DNA of 64,000 bases from Isurus oxyrinchus (taxonomy: Eukaryota), in assembly GCA_026770705.1 (NCBI GenBank), contig JANJGN010000026.1, positions 32,178,001 through 32,242,000 on the forward strand, written 5' to 3'. Below are positions 37,820 through 49,942 of this stretch, piece by piece. Both the position numbers and the translations under genes were made by a program. Numbering within the stretch: position 1 is the stretch's first letter; each line of letters opens with the position of its first letter. The notes beneath the pieces are model-generated. The model was not told the DNA's origin and searched no databases. It was given only the letters and a program-made list of their open reading frames with translations.

Positions 37820-38880
37820 CAGAGGAAGAATCACATTGAGAGACAGAGAGAAAGAAAATGAGGGAGAGACAATTGCAGAAACAAAGATGGAGAAAAAGTG
37901 AGAAAGGCTGAGTGAGAGGCAGAGATGAAGGCAGATGGAGATATAGAGAGAAAAACGGGAGGAAAGGCAACGTTTGAAATGAAGGAGAGAGATGGAGGTA
38001 AACAGAGAGAGATAACAAAGGGAGAGGCATTACGAGAAATGAGAGAGAGAAGTAGGGAGAGATTTAGCGGGAGGCAATAGCCTAGTGACCTTGCCACTGG
38101 ACGAGTAATCCAGAGGCCCAGGGTTTTCCCCCGGTCACGCTCTGGGGATGCGAGTTTGAATCTGGCCATGGCAGATGGTAGAGTTTGAATTCAATTCAAA
38201 AAATCTTGAATTAAACACCTAATGATGACTGTGAAACCATGTCCGGTTGTCATAAAAACTCACCTGGTTCACTATGTTCCTTTAGGGAAGGAAATCTGTT
38301 GTCCTCACCTGGCCTGGCCTACATGTAACTCCAGATCCGCAGCAATGTGGTTGACCCTTAAATGTCCTTTGAACAAGGGCAATTAGGGTTGAGCAATAAA
38401 TGCTGGCCAAGCTAGGGACACTCACATCCCATGAATGAATAAAAAAAGTTGAAGATACAGTGAAGGAGAGAGATGCAGCAATATGAAGACATACAAACTG
38501 AGAAATGAAGAGAAAAAATTAAAAAGATAGCGAGTAAATCAGAGGCAGAGACTGTGACAGAAGTAGAGACAGAGAGGGTAAAACATATAGAGATACAGGG
38601 AGGTAAACAGGAGGGAAGGGAATGATAGAAATCAGGGAGATAAACAGTGGGCAGACAGTGAGAGAAATGAGGGAGGGGCGGAGACAGGGAGGGAAACAGA
38701 TGAAGACACATTGAAGGGAACAGATGCAGAAGTATAGAGACAATATAGACTGAGCAACGAAGAGAGACAAACCAAGAGAAACCGGCATAGTCAGTGAGGG
38801 AAACAAAGGGACATAGTGAGGAGAACAATGCTCGAAAGGGAGGCAGGAATTCCAGGAAGGGAAAGAAAAATAACATAACA
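37820..38880. repeat. GA-rich low-complexity tract interrupted by a SINE
   Basis: Purine-rich strand; explains spurious Leu/Ser/Phe-rich minus-strand ORFs. Confidence 0.8.
38068..38448 (+). mobile_element. Near full-length tRNA-derived SINE with LINE-like 3' tail
   Basis: A/B-box-like head (TAGCCTAGTG...GAGTTTGAATC); tail AAGGGCAATTAGGGTTGAGCAATAAATGCTGGCC...CATCCCATGAATGAATAAAAAAA. Confidence 0.85.
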
Positions 38881-39801
38881 TAGGACGCGATATGGAAAGG
38901 ATGATTTCCGATAGGCACTTGGCCTCCTGGATTACTAAAGCAGCCTCATAACAACCATGTTATCGTGCCCATACCCGCTGCAGTAAACACACCGGCGATC
39001 AGGGAGCTCCAATTACTGGAGCAAGATACAGTTGCACGATTATGTCACATTTCTCGAGTTCTTTTTCTTATTATTATAATGTATTTTAGTGCAGGTGAAC
39101 TTATACTCGCGCGTTAATTCAAACTTTACTCTAAATCCGGGTGGCACCCTTGTTTATTTTAATATTTTGGCCATTAAAGGTTAAAAGAAGCTTGCTTTAA
39201 TGAAGTGAAACAACCGAGATCCAGATGGGACGCCGAGCCTTAAATATCAACATAGACAAAGGATGTAATTAGGACACCTGCAACGTTTGGGATTTGAGTC
39301 TAACTGTTTCCATTTTAATGCCGCCTCTGAGCTGCGGTTAAATAATGTATGTTTTGTCACTGCTCCTATTAATTGAGCTCATTGAAATGGGAGACTGGGA
39401 TAAATTGGGTTTTCTGCACTCTGAACTTAGGGAAAGCGGGAGAAAGAAAAAGAGGCAGAGAAAGCGTGTGCAATGGAGGGTCAGAAAGGGGAGATAGAGC
39501 CACAGAGACCGAAAGTCAAAGCGAGACTGAGAGATCCCGAGACCAAGAAAGATCCAGAGAAACCAAGAAAGGCAGGTTGGAAGAGGAAGTCAGAAGAAAT
39601 AATCGGTCCAGAGCTAACACTGATGGGTGCCCAACTGTCATCTGTTCTGAGACACCAGCCAATCCTGCAGCTGGGGAACGCCCCTCCGTTTCTCAGTAAG
39701 TGAAGCCTGCCCTTGATCTGAATTTCCTGTTTAATATAAGAACAGAAGTGTCAACATATCTCAAATCTTATTTATTTCTTCAGATCTGTAATCCTGTTAT
39801 C

Positions 39802-40276
39802 ATGTGCTCCTCATGTTCCTTACTGCTAATAATGGTCTTGCTGTCCGGTGAGTCAATGTTTAAATGGTCAATGTCTGTTCCTTGTGTTACCTTCACTCCC
39901 AGATATTTGATACATTCTGTGTTTTGTTGCAGAAACAAATGGTAAAGATTCAGTGTCTCAGGATCCCCCTGAATTCACGGTTCTGGACGGACAGAGCATA
40001 AAACTGGATTGTAATTACTCTACAGCTGATGTTCCAACTCTGTTCTGGTACATCCAATACCCCGGAGAAGGTCCGAGATATTTGATGAGGATATATAGCT
40101 CGGGGGGTGCAGAGAAGTCTCCAGAATTCGCAGACAGGTTCTCTGTTGTTTCACACAAAGGAAACAAAACGGTTCTTTTAAATATCGCCGGGGCCCTTCT
40201 CTCCGACAGCGCCGTGTATTTCTGTGCCATGAGGCCCACAGTGCTACGGAGACATAGCGGATGTCGTACAAAAACC
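39802..40276 (+). CDS. TRAV/DV: Intact TCR alpha/delta V gene, family A (leader 39802-39847, V exon 39933-40236, RSS 40237-40276, 24-bp spacer)
   Basis: MCSSCSLLLIMVLLS|ETNGKDSVSQDPPEFTVLDGQSIKLDCNYSTADVPTLFWYIQYPGEGPRYLMRIYSSGGAEKSPEFADRFSVVSHKGNKTVLLNIAGALLSDSAVYFCAMRP; CACAGTG-24-ACAAAAACC. Confidence 0.93.
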
Positions 40277-41033
40277 CCACTGGGATTTCCAGTTAGTGCT
40301 CAGAAGAGGGCGCTCTCACACCGACAAACAGAAACAATAACTCGGCCTGTGAGAGCCACAGAGCCTTTAATAAAATATCAAAACAAAGACAACGCCGAAG
40401 AAGGGCGGGTGAGCAGCAACTGAGGGATTACATTAGTTGACTTTAACTTGCAAATATACTAAAAATGAATTCCACAAATAAATTTGTATTGCGCTAACTC
40501 ACATTTAGTCTTTTGATGATATTTCCTTGCTTCTCTGAACTCTTGAGCAGCCTTTTCCCCATCTCCACTCTCTCCTTCTAGTTCCCTTTGTCAAAGCCTG
40601 TACGTAGTGTCCCTTTGAACAGAGTATTTTGCTGCTTCAGAAACAGTGTGTAGAAAATAAAGACATTTCACCAACTTGTGTTTGCACTCTTTAAAACAAG
40701 CCCCGAGCATAGGTTTCGAGTGTCCGTTAAAAGTTTTCTGATACCATTAACAAACCAGTGTTTCTGCCTTGTAACAACGAGACCAGGGGATCCAGTCCCA
40801 TCCCTGCCCCTAACTACAGAACCATCCCTGTTATAAGAACACTGGCCGTAGCCCAGCTCACGTTGTTTCCATTCGCTGACAGCCGACTCCTTCCTACAGG
40901 TCTTAAAGCATCATTGGGGACAGAAAGAAGTGAGGTTAAAGGATCCTGAGACTCATCAGAAGATACTTGATGATACAAATTAAAACGAGTTTCTCCTAAT
41001 CACACTTTCTATTTTACAAAACGGACATCAGCA

Positions 41034-41450
41034 ATGCAGCCACCCAGCATCTGGGTTCAAATGGGGAGGGGGGGCGGGGTTGGTGGTGGGTGGTGATGGG
41101 TGGTTGGGGGTGGCCAGGAGCGAGGCATTTTGGATAGGTAGTTAAGAAACAAACACATTTCGTCTCTTTCCTGAATCAAGGTTTCAATCTGAATTCTAAA
41201 GAACCTCCAATCAGGCAATTTCCTGTTTGCGCATGATTTCAGATCTGAACCCTGGAGATTTTGTCACTCAGCTACAGTCCTCAAATGATTAGACTGAAGA
41301 GAAGTGGCTGCTTTAAGTATCATCTGTGATATTTCTTGTGGAGAACTGTGTTTTATTCTGGTACTGGCTGGTATTTGCAGGAAAAGTCTTACTCATGTTT
41401 TCAGGCAATCGGAGAGACAAAACAAATTAGCAACAGCACAATTCAGGCGG
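41034..41450 (+). pseudogene. Family B V pseudogene, G-rich insert in leader, 3' truncated
   Basis: ATGCAGCCACCCAGCATCTGGGTT..GCATTTTGGATAG|GT; exon from 41243 DLNPGDFVTQLQSSND*TE...WYW; family-B promoter at ~40850-40970. Confidence 0.75.
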
Positions 41451-42044
41451 CCAGATCTCTCTCTGAGCGGAGGAAGTGGACTCTAAAGAGCTGATCAGAA
41501 GCAGGACTCACAGCTGAAAGATGTTTCTGATCCTCCATCCAGACCGACTGGCGTCACACTGACTGCAGGGTGACGTCACAGAGGTTACAAGGTGATGTCA
41601 TGGACACCGCAAAATAATGTCTCATGGACGGATGCTCTGAAGTATGCGCACCCCACTCCCTCACATCCCATCAATGCTGAAGCCCCCTCGCAGCTTCACT
41701 TTGTGATCACAAGTCCCAGAGCCCCGTGTCTGGCGGACACAGTGTAACTGGTGTTGGGCTCAGTTTGATGCACAACAGCGATGACTTCAGCAGGTGACTC
41801 TCTTGGTTTCAGTCTTCCTACAGTTATTTTATTCAAGTCGATAGCATCCGACACATGAATCTGAGAATCACTTTAGTGACCATATTCCTGGATATTTTAC
41901 TCTTTCCTGCGTGTGTGTGATCACTATTTCTGACACAATATTTCACACATCAGACCCGTTATCTTCTGCTAGATGTACTTTGCTTTATTATATTTCCTTG
42001 TATGATGCTAAATTGTAATCTTTGTTCATTTTGCAGGATGTTGG

Positions 42045-43165
42045 CTAGGTCAAAATTTATTGCCCATCCCTAATTGCCCTTGAGAAGGTGGTGGCGAGCT
42101 GCCTTCTTGAACCGTTGCAGCCTGTGGTGTAGGTAGACCCATGGTGCTGTTAGGCAAGGAGTTCCAGGGCTTTGGCCCAGCGACAGTGAAGGAACGGCAA
42201 TACATTTCCAAGTTAGGATGGTGAGTGCCTTGGAGGGGGACTTCCAGGTGGTGGCGTTCCCATGTATCTACTACCCTTGTCCTTCTAGCTGGTAGTGGTC
42301 GTGGGTTTGGAAGGCGCTGCCTAAGGAGCCTTGGAGACTTCCTGCAGTGCATCTTGTAGATGGTACACATGCCTGCAATTGTTCGTCCATGGTGGAGGGG
42401 ATGAACGTTTGTGGATGGGGTGCTAATAAAGCGGGCTGCTTTGTCCTGGATGGGGTCAAGCTTCTTGAGTGTTGTGGGAGCTGCACGCATCAGGCAAGAG
42501 GTGGGCATTGCATCACACTCTTGACATGTGGACTTGTGGACAGGCTTTGGAGAACCAGGAGGTGAGTTACTTGCCGCAGGATTCCTAGCCCCTGACTTGT
42601 TCTTTTAGCCATTGTGTTTATATGGTTACCCAGTTCGGTTTCTGGTCAATGGTGGCCCCCAGGATGTTTATAGTGGGGGAATTCAGTGACTGTAATTTCA
42701 TTAAACATCAAGGGGCAATGGTTGGATTCTCTCTTGCTGGAGATGGTCGTTGCCTGGCACTTGTGTGGCGCGAATGTTACTTGGCACTTGTCAGCTCAAG
42801 CCTGGATATTATCCAAATCTTGCTGTATTTACATATGGACTGCTTCAGTATCTGAGGATTCGCGAATGGTGCTGAACATTGTGCAATCATCAGTGAACAT
42901 CCCCACTCCTGACCTTATGATGGAAGGAAGGACATTGATGAAGTACCTGAAGATGGTTGGGCCAAGGACTGTGCCGTGAGGAACTCCTGCAGTGATGTTT
43001 TGGAGCTGTGGTGATTGACCTCCAACTATCACAGCCATCTTCATTTCTGCTCGAGATGACTCCAGCCAGCGGAGAGTTTTCTCCCTGATTCCTATTGACG
43101 CCAGTTTTGCTAGTGCTCCTTGATGACACACTCAGTCAAATGCTGCCCTGATGTCCGCGGCAGTC
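42045..43165 (-). mobile_element. LINE RT/3' fragment (second family)
   Basis: GVPHGTVLGPTIF, MFTDDCTMF, WNSLP; 3' end AAGGGCAATTAGGGATGGGCAATAAA. Confidence 0.9.
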
Positions 43166-43239
43166 AGAATCTCCTCACCCTTTCACCTCAACATCCTTTT
43201 AAAATCAGTTACCTTCTGTCGAAGTCTATATCAGACACT

Positions 43240-43595
43240 ATGTGCCCTCTATGGTCCTTTCTGATAATGGTCATACTCTTGGTGATTCAATATTTAAAGG
43301 TTCATTGTCTATTCTATGTGTTAAATCCAGATTTTGACACATTCTTTGTTTTGTTACAGTAATGAGTGTTGCTGACGAAGTGTCCTTGGATCCCTCTGAG
43401 TTAACTGCGTGGAAGAACAGGGCATAATGATCAACTATAGTTATTCCATATCTTTGAGTTTTCTACAACTCTGTTGGTACACCGATATTCCAGGCAAGCT
43501 CCGAGATCTTTACTGAAGCGCTTTAATGCGGGCCATGGAGCCAAGCCTCAAGATTTACCAGACCGGGTCCCTGCTGATTTGGACAAGGCTGAAGT
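43240..43595 (+). pseudogene. Family A-related V pseudogene, 3' truncated, no RSS
   Basis: Leader MCPLWSFLIMVILL; exon from 43360 ..DEVSLDPSELT..; PGKLRDLY/QDLPDRVPADLDK. Confidence 0.75.
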
Positions 43596-43711
43596 CAGCA
43601 ATACAAATGTTTCATAATAAACCTGTCAGTTTTTGTTCACCCTCAGCCGCGGAACAAAATAAAGCAGCAGATAGACATCCAAAACACTTAACTGGGCAGT
43701 AAATACTCGCT

Positions 43712-44229
43712 GAGGTTTTATCTGACTCTGGGCCTCACAGCAATGTAAGATACCGCACCTTCCTCCACACTCAGGCCGCTTATATTGAGGAAACCAGACT
43801 GTTTAGAATTGTCAGCTGCACTAGTTATCCTCCTGAGGTTTTATCTTTTTGTCACTTTGCTAGTGATCCAACTGAGAGGCTGTGTCGGTTTCTGCCGATA
43901 CCATTGCATACTGTATGTATCCTGGTCTATATATTCACAATCTAACTGCACCAAACCCCCTTCTGACACAGTTAATGTCACCGCTGACTGAGTTACTGGA
44001 TGTGCATAGTCCGCCTGTGGAAGTAGATGAAGAAAGGAGCAGAAATTTAAAGAGGATCGATCTAAACGTGTATACTTTTGTATGAGTGTGTGTAAATTCG
44101 CATTTCCCAAACTGTCGTTAATTACATTAATTCCTAGTATAAGCTCTTTGCAACAATCTGCTAACCTATCTTGATAAACAAAGTCCAATACGTACTGTCC
44201 AACAGCGCGGCCAGTATTATCAGAAACAT
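43712..44229 (-). pseudogene. Family C V pseudogene (leader 44196-44229, V exon to 44014), RSS spacer deleted
   Basis: PVTQSAVTLTVSEGGLVQLDCEYIDQDTYSMQWYRQKPTQPLSWITSKVTKR*...FLNISGLSVEEGAVSYIAVR; second Cys lost. Confidence 0.88.
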
Positions 44230-44359
44230 GTCTGACTGAATCTCTCTCAGTTGAATGTGAATGGAATGAGCCAGGGATTAAGAAGAAGAGAGGGACCCCG
44301 GGCTCTGTTCAGCTCATTGTTACACCCACACAGCTCCAGGTCCCAGGCTCTTTGTGACC

Positions 44360-44640
44360 ATAAGGCCACAAGAGCAGAAGTAGGCCATTCGGCCTATCGA
44401 GTCTGCTCCATCATTCAATGAGATCATGATTGATGTGGCATTCTGCAACTCCACATTTCTGCCTTTACCCAATAACCCTTGATTCCTTTACTGATTAAAC
44501 ATGTGTCCATCGCAGCCTTGGGTATACTTAAGGACCCAGCCTCTACAGCCCTCTGCGGTAAAGAATTCCACAGGTTGACAGGCCTCTGAGAGAAGAAATT
44601 CCTCTTCTGTCTTAAATGGGCGACTCCTTACTCTGAGACA
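44360..44640 (-). mobile_element. CR1 3' fragment inserted into a family C promoter
   Basis: Splits TGTGACC|TCACTC, which is uninterrupted in paralogues at ~27916 and ~32824. Confidence 0.8.
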
Positions 44641-44715
44641 CCTCACTCGGGATACCATCCCTTTTGGTTTTGACGTTGGTGACGCGTGACTTTCTAATGA
44701 GCATGCTTGGGTTTA

Positions 44716-44729
44716 GCGCCCTCTGCTGG
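44716..44729 (-). promoter_or_regulatory. CTCF-binding motif upstream of a family C V (representative of ~15 such motifs)
   Basis: CCAGCAGAGGGCGC matches the CTCF core CCASYAGRKGGCRS; equivalent sites at 27996 and 32905. Confidence 0.65.
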
Positions 44730-45716
44730 TCGATTCTGTTCATTCCGGCTTAGAATCGGGGCCATCGAGTGGGTTTCGGGTTTCTTGATTTACATATCAA
44801 AACACTAATGTATTCCCAGAAATTTATATTGGATCTAATCAGACTTAGTCCTTATTTGTTAATGTTTATGGCAGAAAGTAATGATAATCATTTATAAATC
44901 ACTGTTTAGCCACCAATGATCTACCATTTACATGAATGTCAAAATATTGGAGAAAGTAAACTGGAATGGCACCAGGGCTGACGACCTTCAACGTGAGCAG
45001 GCTAGAGAAACTGTTATTAGTCTTCTTCTGTCAAATGATTAAAGGAGACATTTAATTAAAATACTGAAAATGATAAGAAATTTGATGTAATAGATTGCGT
45101 ATAACTGTTTCGATTAGCAGAAAATTCGAAAATCCAAGCGCACCAATTTGAGAGCAAAAATATAGGGAAAGATTATATTAAACTATTACATTGCCATTTC
45201 GTCAGAGCTGGAATCACTGCTAGGAGGAAAATGCGGGACGAAATGTGAATTTGATCACTCTTTCAATGAGGCATAGACACATGATAGGCCGAATGGCCTC
45301 TGTCCTTGCTTTAAGATTCCAAACCATTCCTGTCCCTCCCATTTTGTTTGTCATCAGTCAGTTGAACAGTGAACAGGTGCAGAATGGTCAGAGACTCCTG
45401 CAGATTCAACCGTCGCTCTATCCGCTCCACCAATTCGGGGTGTATCTGAGAGTCACCGCACAGTTCGCACAATATTGAGTCTGCGGTATCCCCGCCCACA
45501 GCTTCCGTTTGCTGCTGTCGCTCTGACCCGATTGTGTTATTGGAGAGATTGCTGCCGCTGGTCCATTCCTGTCATTGATTGGGTCAGCAGCGCAGTGGGA
45601 CGGGAACCTGTATTTCTGCTCAGACAGAGGATTTCTCGCACTGCGGAGTTACAGACTCAGGAAGTATCATGGGGAAAGTCTCTCTCCGCTCCTCATCATT
45701 ATCTCAATTCCGTCTC

Positions 45717-46193
45717 AGTGAAACACCATTCTCCTCTTGACTGCTCTAACCCCGATGCTACCGTCGGTAAAAAAAAATGGTGATGGTGATGACGATTATG
45801 TTTATTAATATGAGGCTGACACTGATTGTTGTTATTGCTATTGTTTTATGTTGGAATGGAGCCACCAAGACACAATGGAACAACCGGTTGCTGAAATAAC
45901 TGCGAAGACGAAATGTCACACGAACTTGCACCTTGGAAACAAGCGATTCTAACCTTAAGATGCACTGGTACAGTCAGCGCCCCAAGCAGCCTCCACAGTG
46001 CATGCCTTATATTCTGGGAGTGAAACTATCCAGACGCACCGACATCACATGTTGCTTTTCAGCTTCGTTACATAATACAGCCAAGAGTACTGAGCTATTG
46101 ATCTGCAGTACCCTGATCTCTAACAGCGCGGTATATTCCTGTGCCATGATGCCCACGCTGCTGCAGAGATACAACGAGTCCCGTACAGAAATC
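45717..46193 (+). pseudogene. TCR V pseudogene with family A-type 3' end and RSS
   Basis: MHWYSQRPKQPPQC...FSASLHNTAKSTELLICSTLISNSAVYSCAMMP; CACGCTG-24-ACAGAAATC (46154-46193). Confidence 0.8.
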
Positions 46194-47039
46194 CCACACT
46201 GAGTTCCAGTTAGTGTTCCTGCAGAGGGCGCTCTCGCACCGATAAATAGAACCAAAAACCCCAACTTCGCAGTGTGAGCCACAAGCACCGTCGTAAAATT
46301 GGAACAGAACACAAACCCTTCAAGAGCAGATAATGACCATTCAGCGCTAATATTAATGTGCGATTTCAACTGGCGTATCAATGGTGCCTTAACTCACCAT
46401 TTTTTTCTTTGGATGATTTTCCCTGCAGATTGTTTTTTTTCACCCGCTGTCGCCACCCGTTACTCAAAAATTCAGACATTCCCCCTGCCATTTTCTCCAG
46501 ACCATCGATACTTCTTTGTACACTAACTCAGGACGACTCTAACCCCACTGTCCATAGATTCAGCCTCAGTATTATCCGAGGTTGTTAATGAAGGTTTCGT
46601 TTACTATTGTTTGAGTTACTAATCCTGACATATCTGTGTTCACCCTGCACTCCGTCAATATGGAATAAATACGAAAGTACCGCAGCTCATATACAGAGAC
46701 ATGGTTATATTATTTTCAAAGGGAACATTATTATTGACGTCAGCTCCTTACAATTCGATTCAATGTGTGACGGCACCTCCTGCTGCGGCCCAGCTCACAG
46801 CTCCCGTTTGCTGCCGTCGCTCTGACCGGCTTTGCCTGCCCTGTGTTTTTGGAAAGATTGCTGCTGCTGTTCTCTGTTTGGCATTGTTTGGATCAGCAAT
46901 AAAGTGGGGCAGAGCTCGACATTTCTGCTCTGACAGACAATTTCCCGGACCGCAGCATTGTAGAAAGAAGGACCATCCTGCGGAACCATATCAGTCCGCC
47001 CCTCAACATTCTATCACTTCTCAATAAGTATTTCCTTCC

Positions 47040-47481
47040 CAGTGAAACTCCATTCACCCCATGACTGCTGTAACCCAGATGCAATCATTGATATGCTGAT
47101 GATGTTGCTGCTGATCATGAAATTATGACTCTTATTAATATTTACGTCATAATGGAGCCAGTAAGACATGGTGGAACAGTCGACAGCTGAAATCACGGTT
47201 GAAGAGGAACGTAACATCAGCCTAAACTATACCTTCAAATCAAGGTGTTCTCATGGTCACGTGTTCTGGTAAAGTAACACGCCTGGCACCCTCCACAGTA
47301 CGTGTTTGATCTCTATGGAGGAAGAACAAACTGGAACCCCAAGGTTTTCATTCCAGTTTAGTAAAACTACGAAATCAGCAAGTAAATGATCAGAAAAGCC
47401 CTGCTCTCTGACACCGCCGTGCATTTCTGTGCCGGGGTCCCGATACGGCTGCAGAAACATAGAAGACCCTGGACAAAGTCC
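47040..47481 (+). pseudogene. Tandem duplicate of the 45.7-kb V pseudogene, more decayed
   Basis: LLSDTAVHFCAG; GATACGG-24-ACAAAGTCC; upstream and leader similarity to 45490-45770. Confidence 0.7.
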
Positions 47482-47639
47482 TACACCAATTATTTCTCAG
47501 CAGAGGGCGCTCTCACACTGCAATAATTCACCCTTAAGTGTGGTTCAGAGGGGTCTTTCCAAAGCTGCAATAAAACACAAAATGCAATATTCTGAAGTTC
47601 ATGTTTACAATTATATTTACTTTTGATCTCAACTTTTTT

Positions 47640-48012
47640 ATCCTTTCATTGGATGTGGGCATCGGTAGCAAGGCCAGCATTGTCGTCCATCCGGAATTGC
47701 CCTAGAACTGAGTGACTTGTTATTCCATTTCTGAGGGCTGTTATGAGTCAACCACATTGTTGCGTGTCTAGAGTCACATGTAAACCAAACTAGGTAAGGA
47801 TGGCAGATTTCCTGGACATTAATGAACCAGATGAGTTTTTAGAACAATTCATGATAGGTTCATGGTCACTAACACTGAGATTTGTATTCTAGACTCATTA
47901 ACTGAGTTCAAAATCGGCTGCTATGTTGAGATTTGAGCGCATGTCCCCAGGTCGTTAGCCTGGGTCTCTAGATAACTAGTCCAGTGACACTGCCACTACG
48001 CCACCGTCTCCC
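47640..48012 (-). mobile_element. tRNA-derived SINE (38.1-kb family)
   Basis: Reverse-complement similarity to 38068-38448. Confidence 0.8.
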
Positions 48013-49438
48013 CACAGAGATTGCAATGACCTCGAAATTGCAATAAAATAAACTTTACAAATGCAGTTGTGGAGCCTTGACTGATTCTAGGTATTTATGT
48101 ATCTTTTCCCAGTCAATCTCTTCTCTCCCCTGGTTTCCACTCATCATTCAAAAACGTTTAATTTTCGTTGCCCCAGTCTTTAGACTGACGATAGCAAATA
48201 TTTGTTTCTGCTTGGCATAATAACTCAGAACTGCAGCAACCCGGCTTCCCACAAACAGGAACTGTCAGGTCAGGCCATTGAATAACAAAAGGATCTGTCA
48301 AACTCTGTCTACCGACATCTGAGCACGTCTCAGATTATCTACGTGATGGCGACTGATCACAATATCCCTCTTGTGGATCACAGCAAAGCATTAAGCTTAG
48401 TCCTCTGTTTCTCGAAAAAGCATAGTGTATTTGCCATAAATCGAATTCAAAGTGTTGATATCTTGCACAAAATTTGCTGAGAAAGTGCACTAATCATCAC
48501 AAAAACACATTCACATGTCGAAGGATTCGAACCTGATATTAGACAGAGCGTAGAGTAAGTGAATAGCAAGTGTGGATGCTGGGGAAAGAATGTGAAAATG
48601 TGACTGAAAGACGCTGAAGCCTTTCACTGTAATGGCTTCGGCGTCATATCCGTTAATACGATGAGTGAAAGCTACAGGGAAAGGCTTTTCTGGTGGCTGG
48701 TTTTGAGTTCCAATTAATGTCCCTTAGGCTTGTGAACCTGCTCTTTGAGCTTTGGCCCTATAAATTTGAGTAAATGGGCGTAAAATCGCTCTAAAGCGCC
48801 GATGTGGCGTTTGGGCCAATCTCTCTTATAGAAAATCCAAAATCAGAGGGTTCTGGTTGATTAAATAAACGATTACAGACACAAAAAAGGACTCTAATTA
48901 ACCAGATAGAATTTAATCATTTTAAGCAGAAGGTGATGGTGTGCGAGTACCTGCTTACATCGGGGAGGAGTTTGATCTTTAAATCTGTTCATTTGTCTGT
49001 TCAGTAACAACATTTATCGCTGTTCTAATATGACAGATTTATAAACCACTCTGACAAAATCTATAATCATAATTAGCTTACTGGTTAAGTGGTTCATGAG
49101 TAAAATCTCACTGGAGCCAGGGTCCTCTGCATACTGCTGGTAAGATTACCATCAGTGTTGAGATCAGATTGTGCCAAGTAAACTAGATCCACGAATAATC
49201 CTGTTGTGGACAGTTAGAATGACCAGACATGGACATAATTGTCACCATTCCCTCTGTAAAACGGAAACATACCCCGTATAAAGTCACTGACTGTAGTCCA
49301 GCTCATGGTGTTTCCATTAATTGACAAATGGAAGTGAGGTTAGAACATCCTGAGACATGACAGCAGATTATTGAGGGTGGGGTTTAGAATGGGTCTCTTC
49401 AAATATCCAGCTTCTCTTTTACAAAGCGGACAGCGACA

Positions 49439-49942
49439 ATGCGGCTACTCAGCATCTGCGTTGTGTGGGGAGCATTTCTGACAGGTAATTGTGGACCACA
49501 CACATTTCAGCTTTTCACACATTTTTCAAACATGGTTTAAAACTGAATTTTAAATAATTGTGTGTCTGATCTGCTTCGGCATTGAACATGTTTTTCAGAT
49601 CTGAGTCATGGAGATTCTGTCACTCAGCCTTTGTCCTCAAATGTTAAATCAGAAGGAAAAGATGTGACTTTAAGCTGTACCTATGATACCACATGGAACG
49701 ACTATTATTTATCCTGGTACTGGCAACACCCAGACGCAAAACCTGAGTTTATATCGTGGAAATACTCGAACGGTGGTGAAGATAAAGCAAATTTTGCTAA
49801 AAGCCGTTTCTCTGCAGAGCTTGAGTGCGACCAAACTCACCAGCTTAAACATCTTGTGTCTGCAGCTGACTGACTTTGCCATGTATTACTGCACTATCAC
49901 ATTCACAGCGATGGAATGCAGTCTCACACCTGTACAAAAACT
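49439..49942 (+). pseudogene. Family B V with a single FR3 frameshift (leader 49439-49484, V exon 49599-49903, RSS 49904-49942)
   Basis: MRLLSICVVWGAFLT|DLSHGDSVTQPLSSNVKSEGKDVTLSCTYDTTWNDYYLSWYWQHPDAKPEFISWKYSNGGEDKANFAKSRFSAELE/ATKLTSLNILCLQLTDFAMYYCTIT; 2-nt loss ~49825; CACAGCG-23-ACAAAAACT. Confidence 0.9.

Noticed and set aside
37734-38918. Hydrophobic ORFs resembling membrane proteins
   Set aside because: Translation of the GA/CT-rich low-complexity tract.
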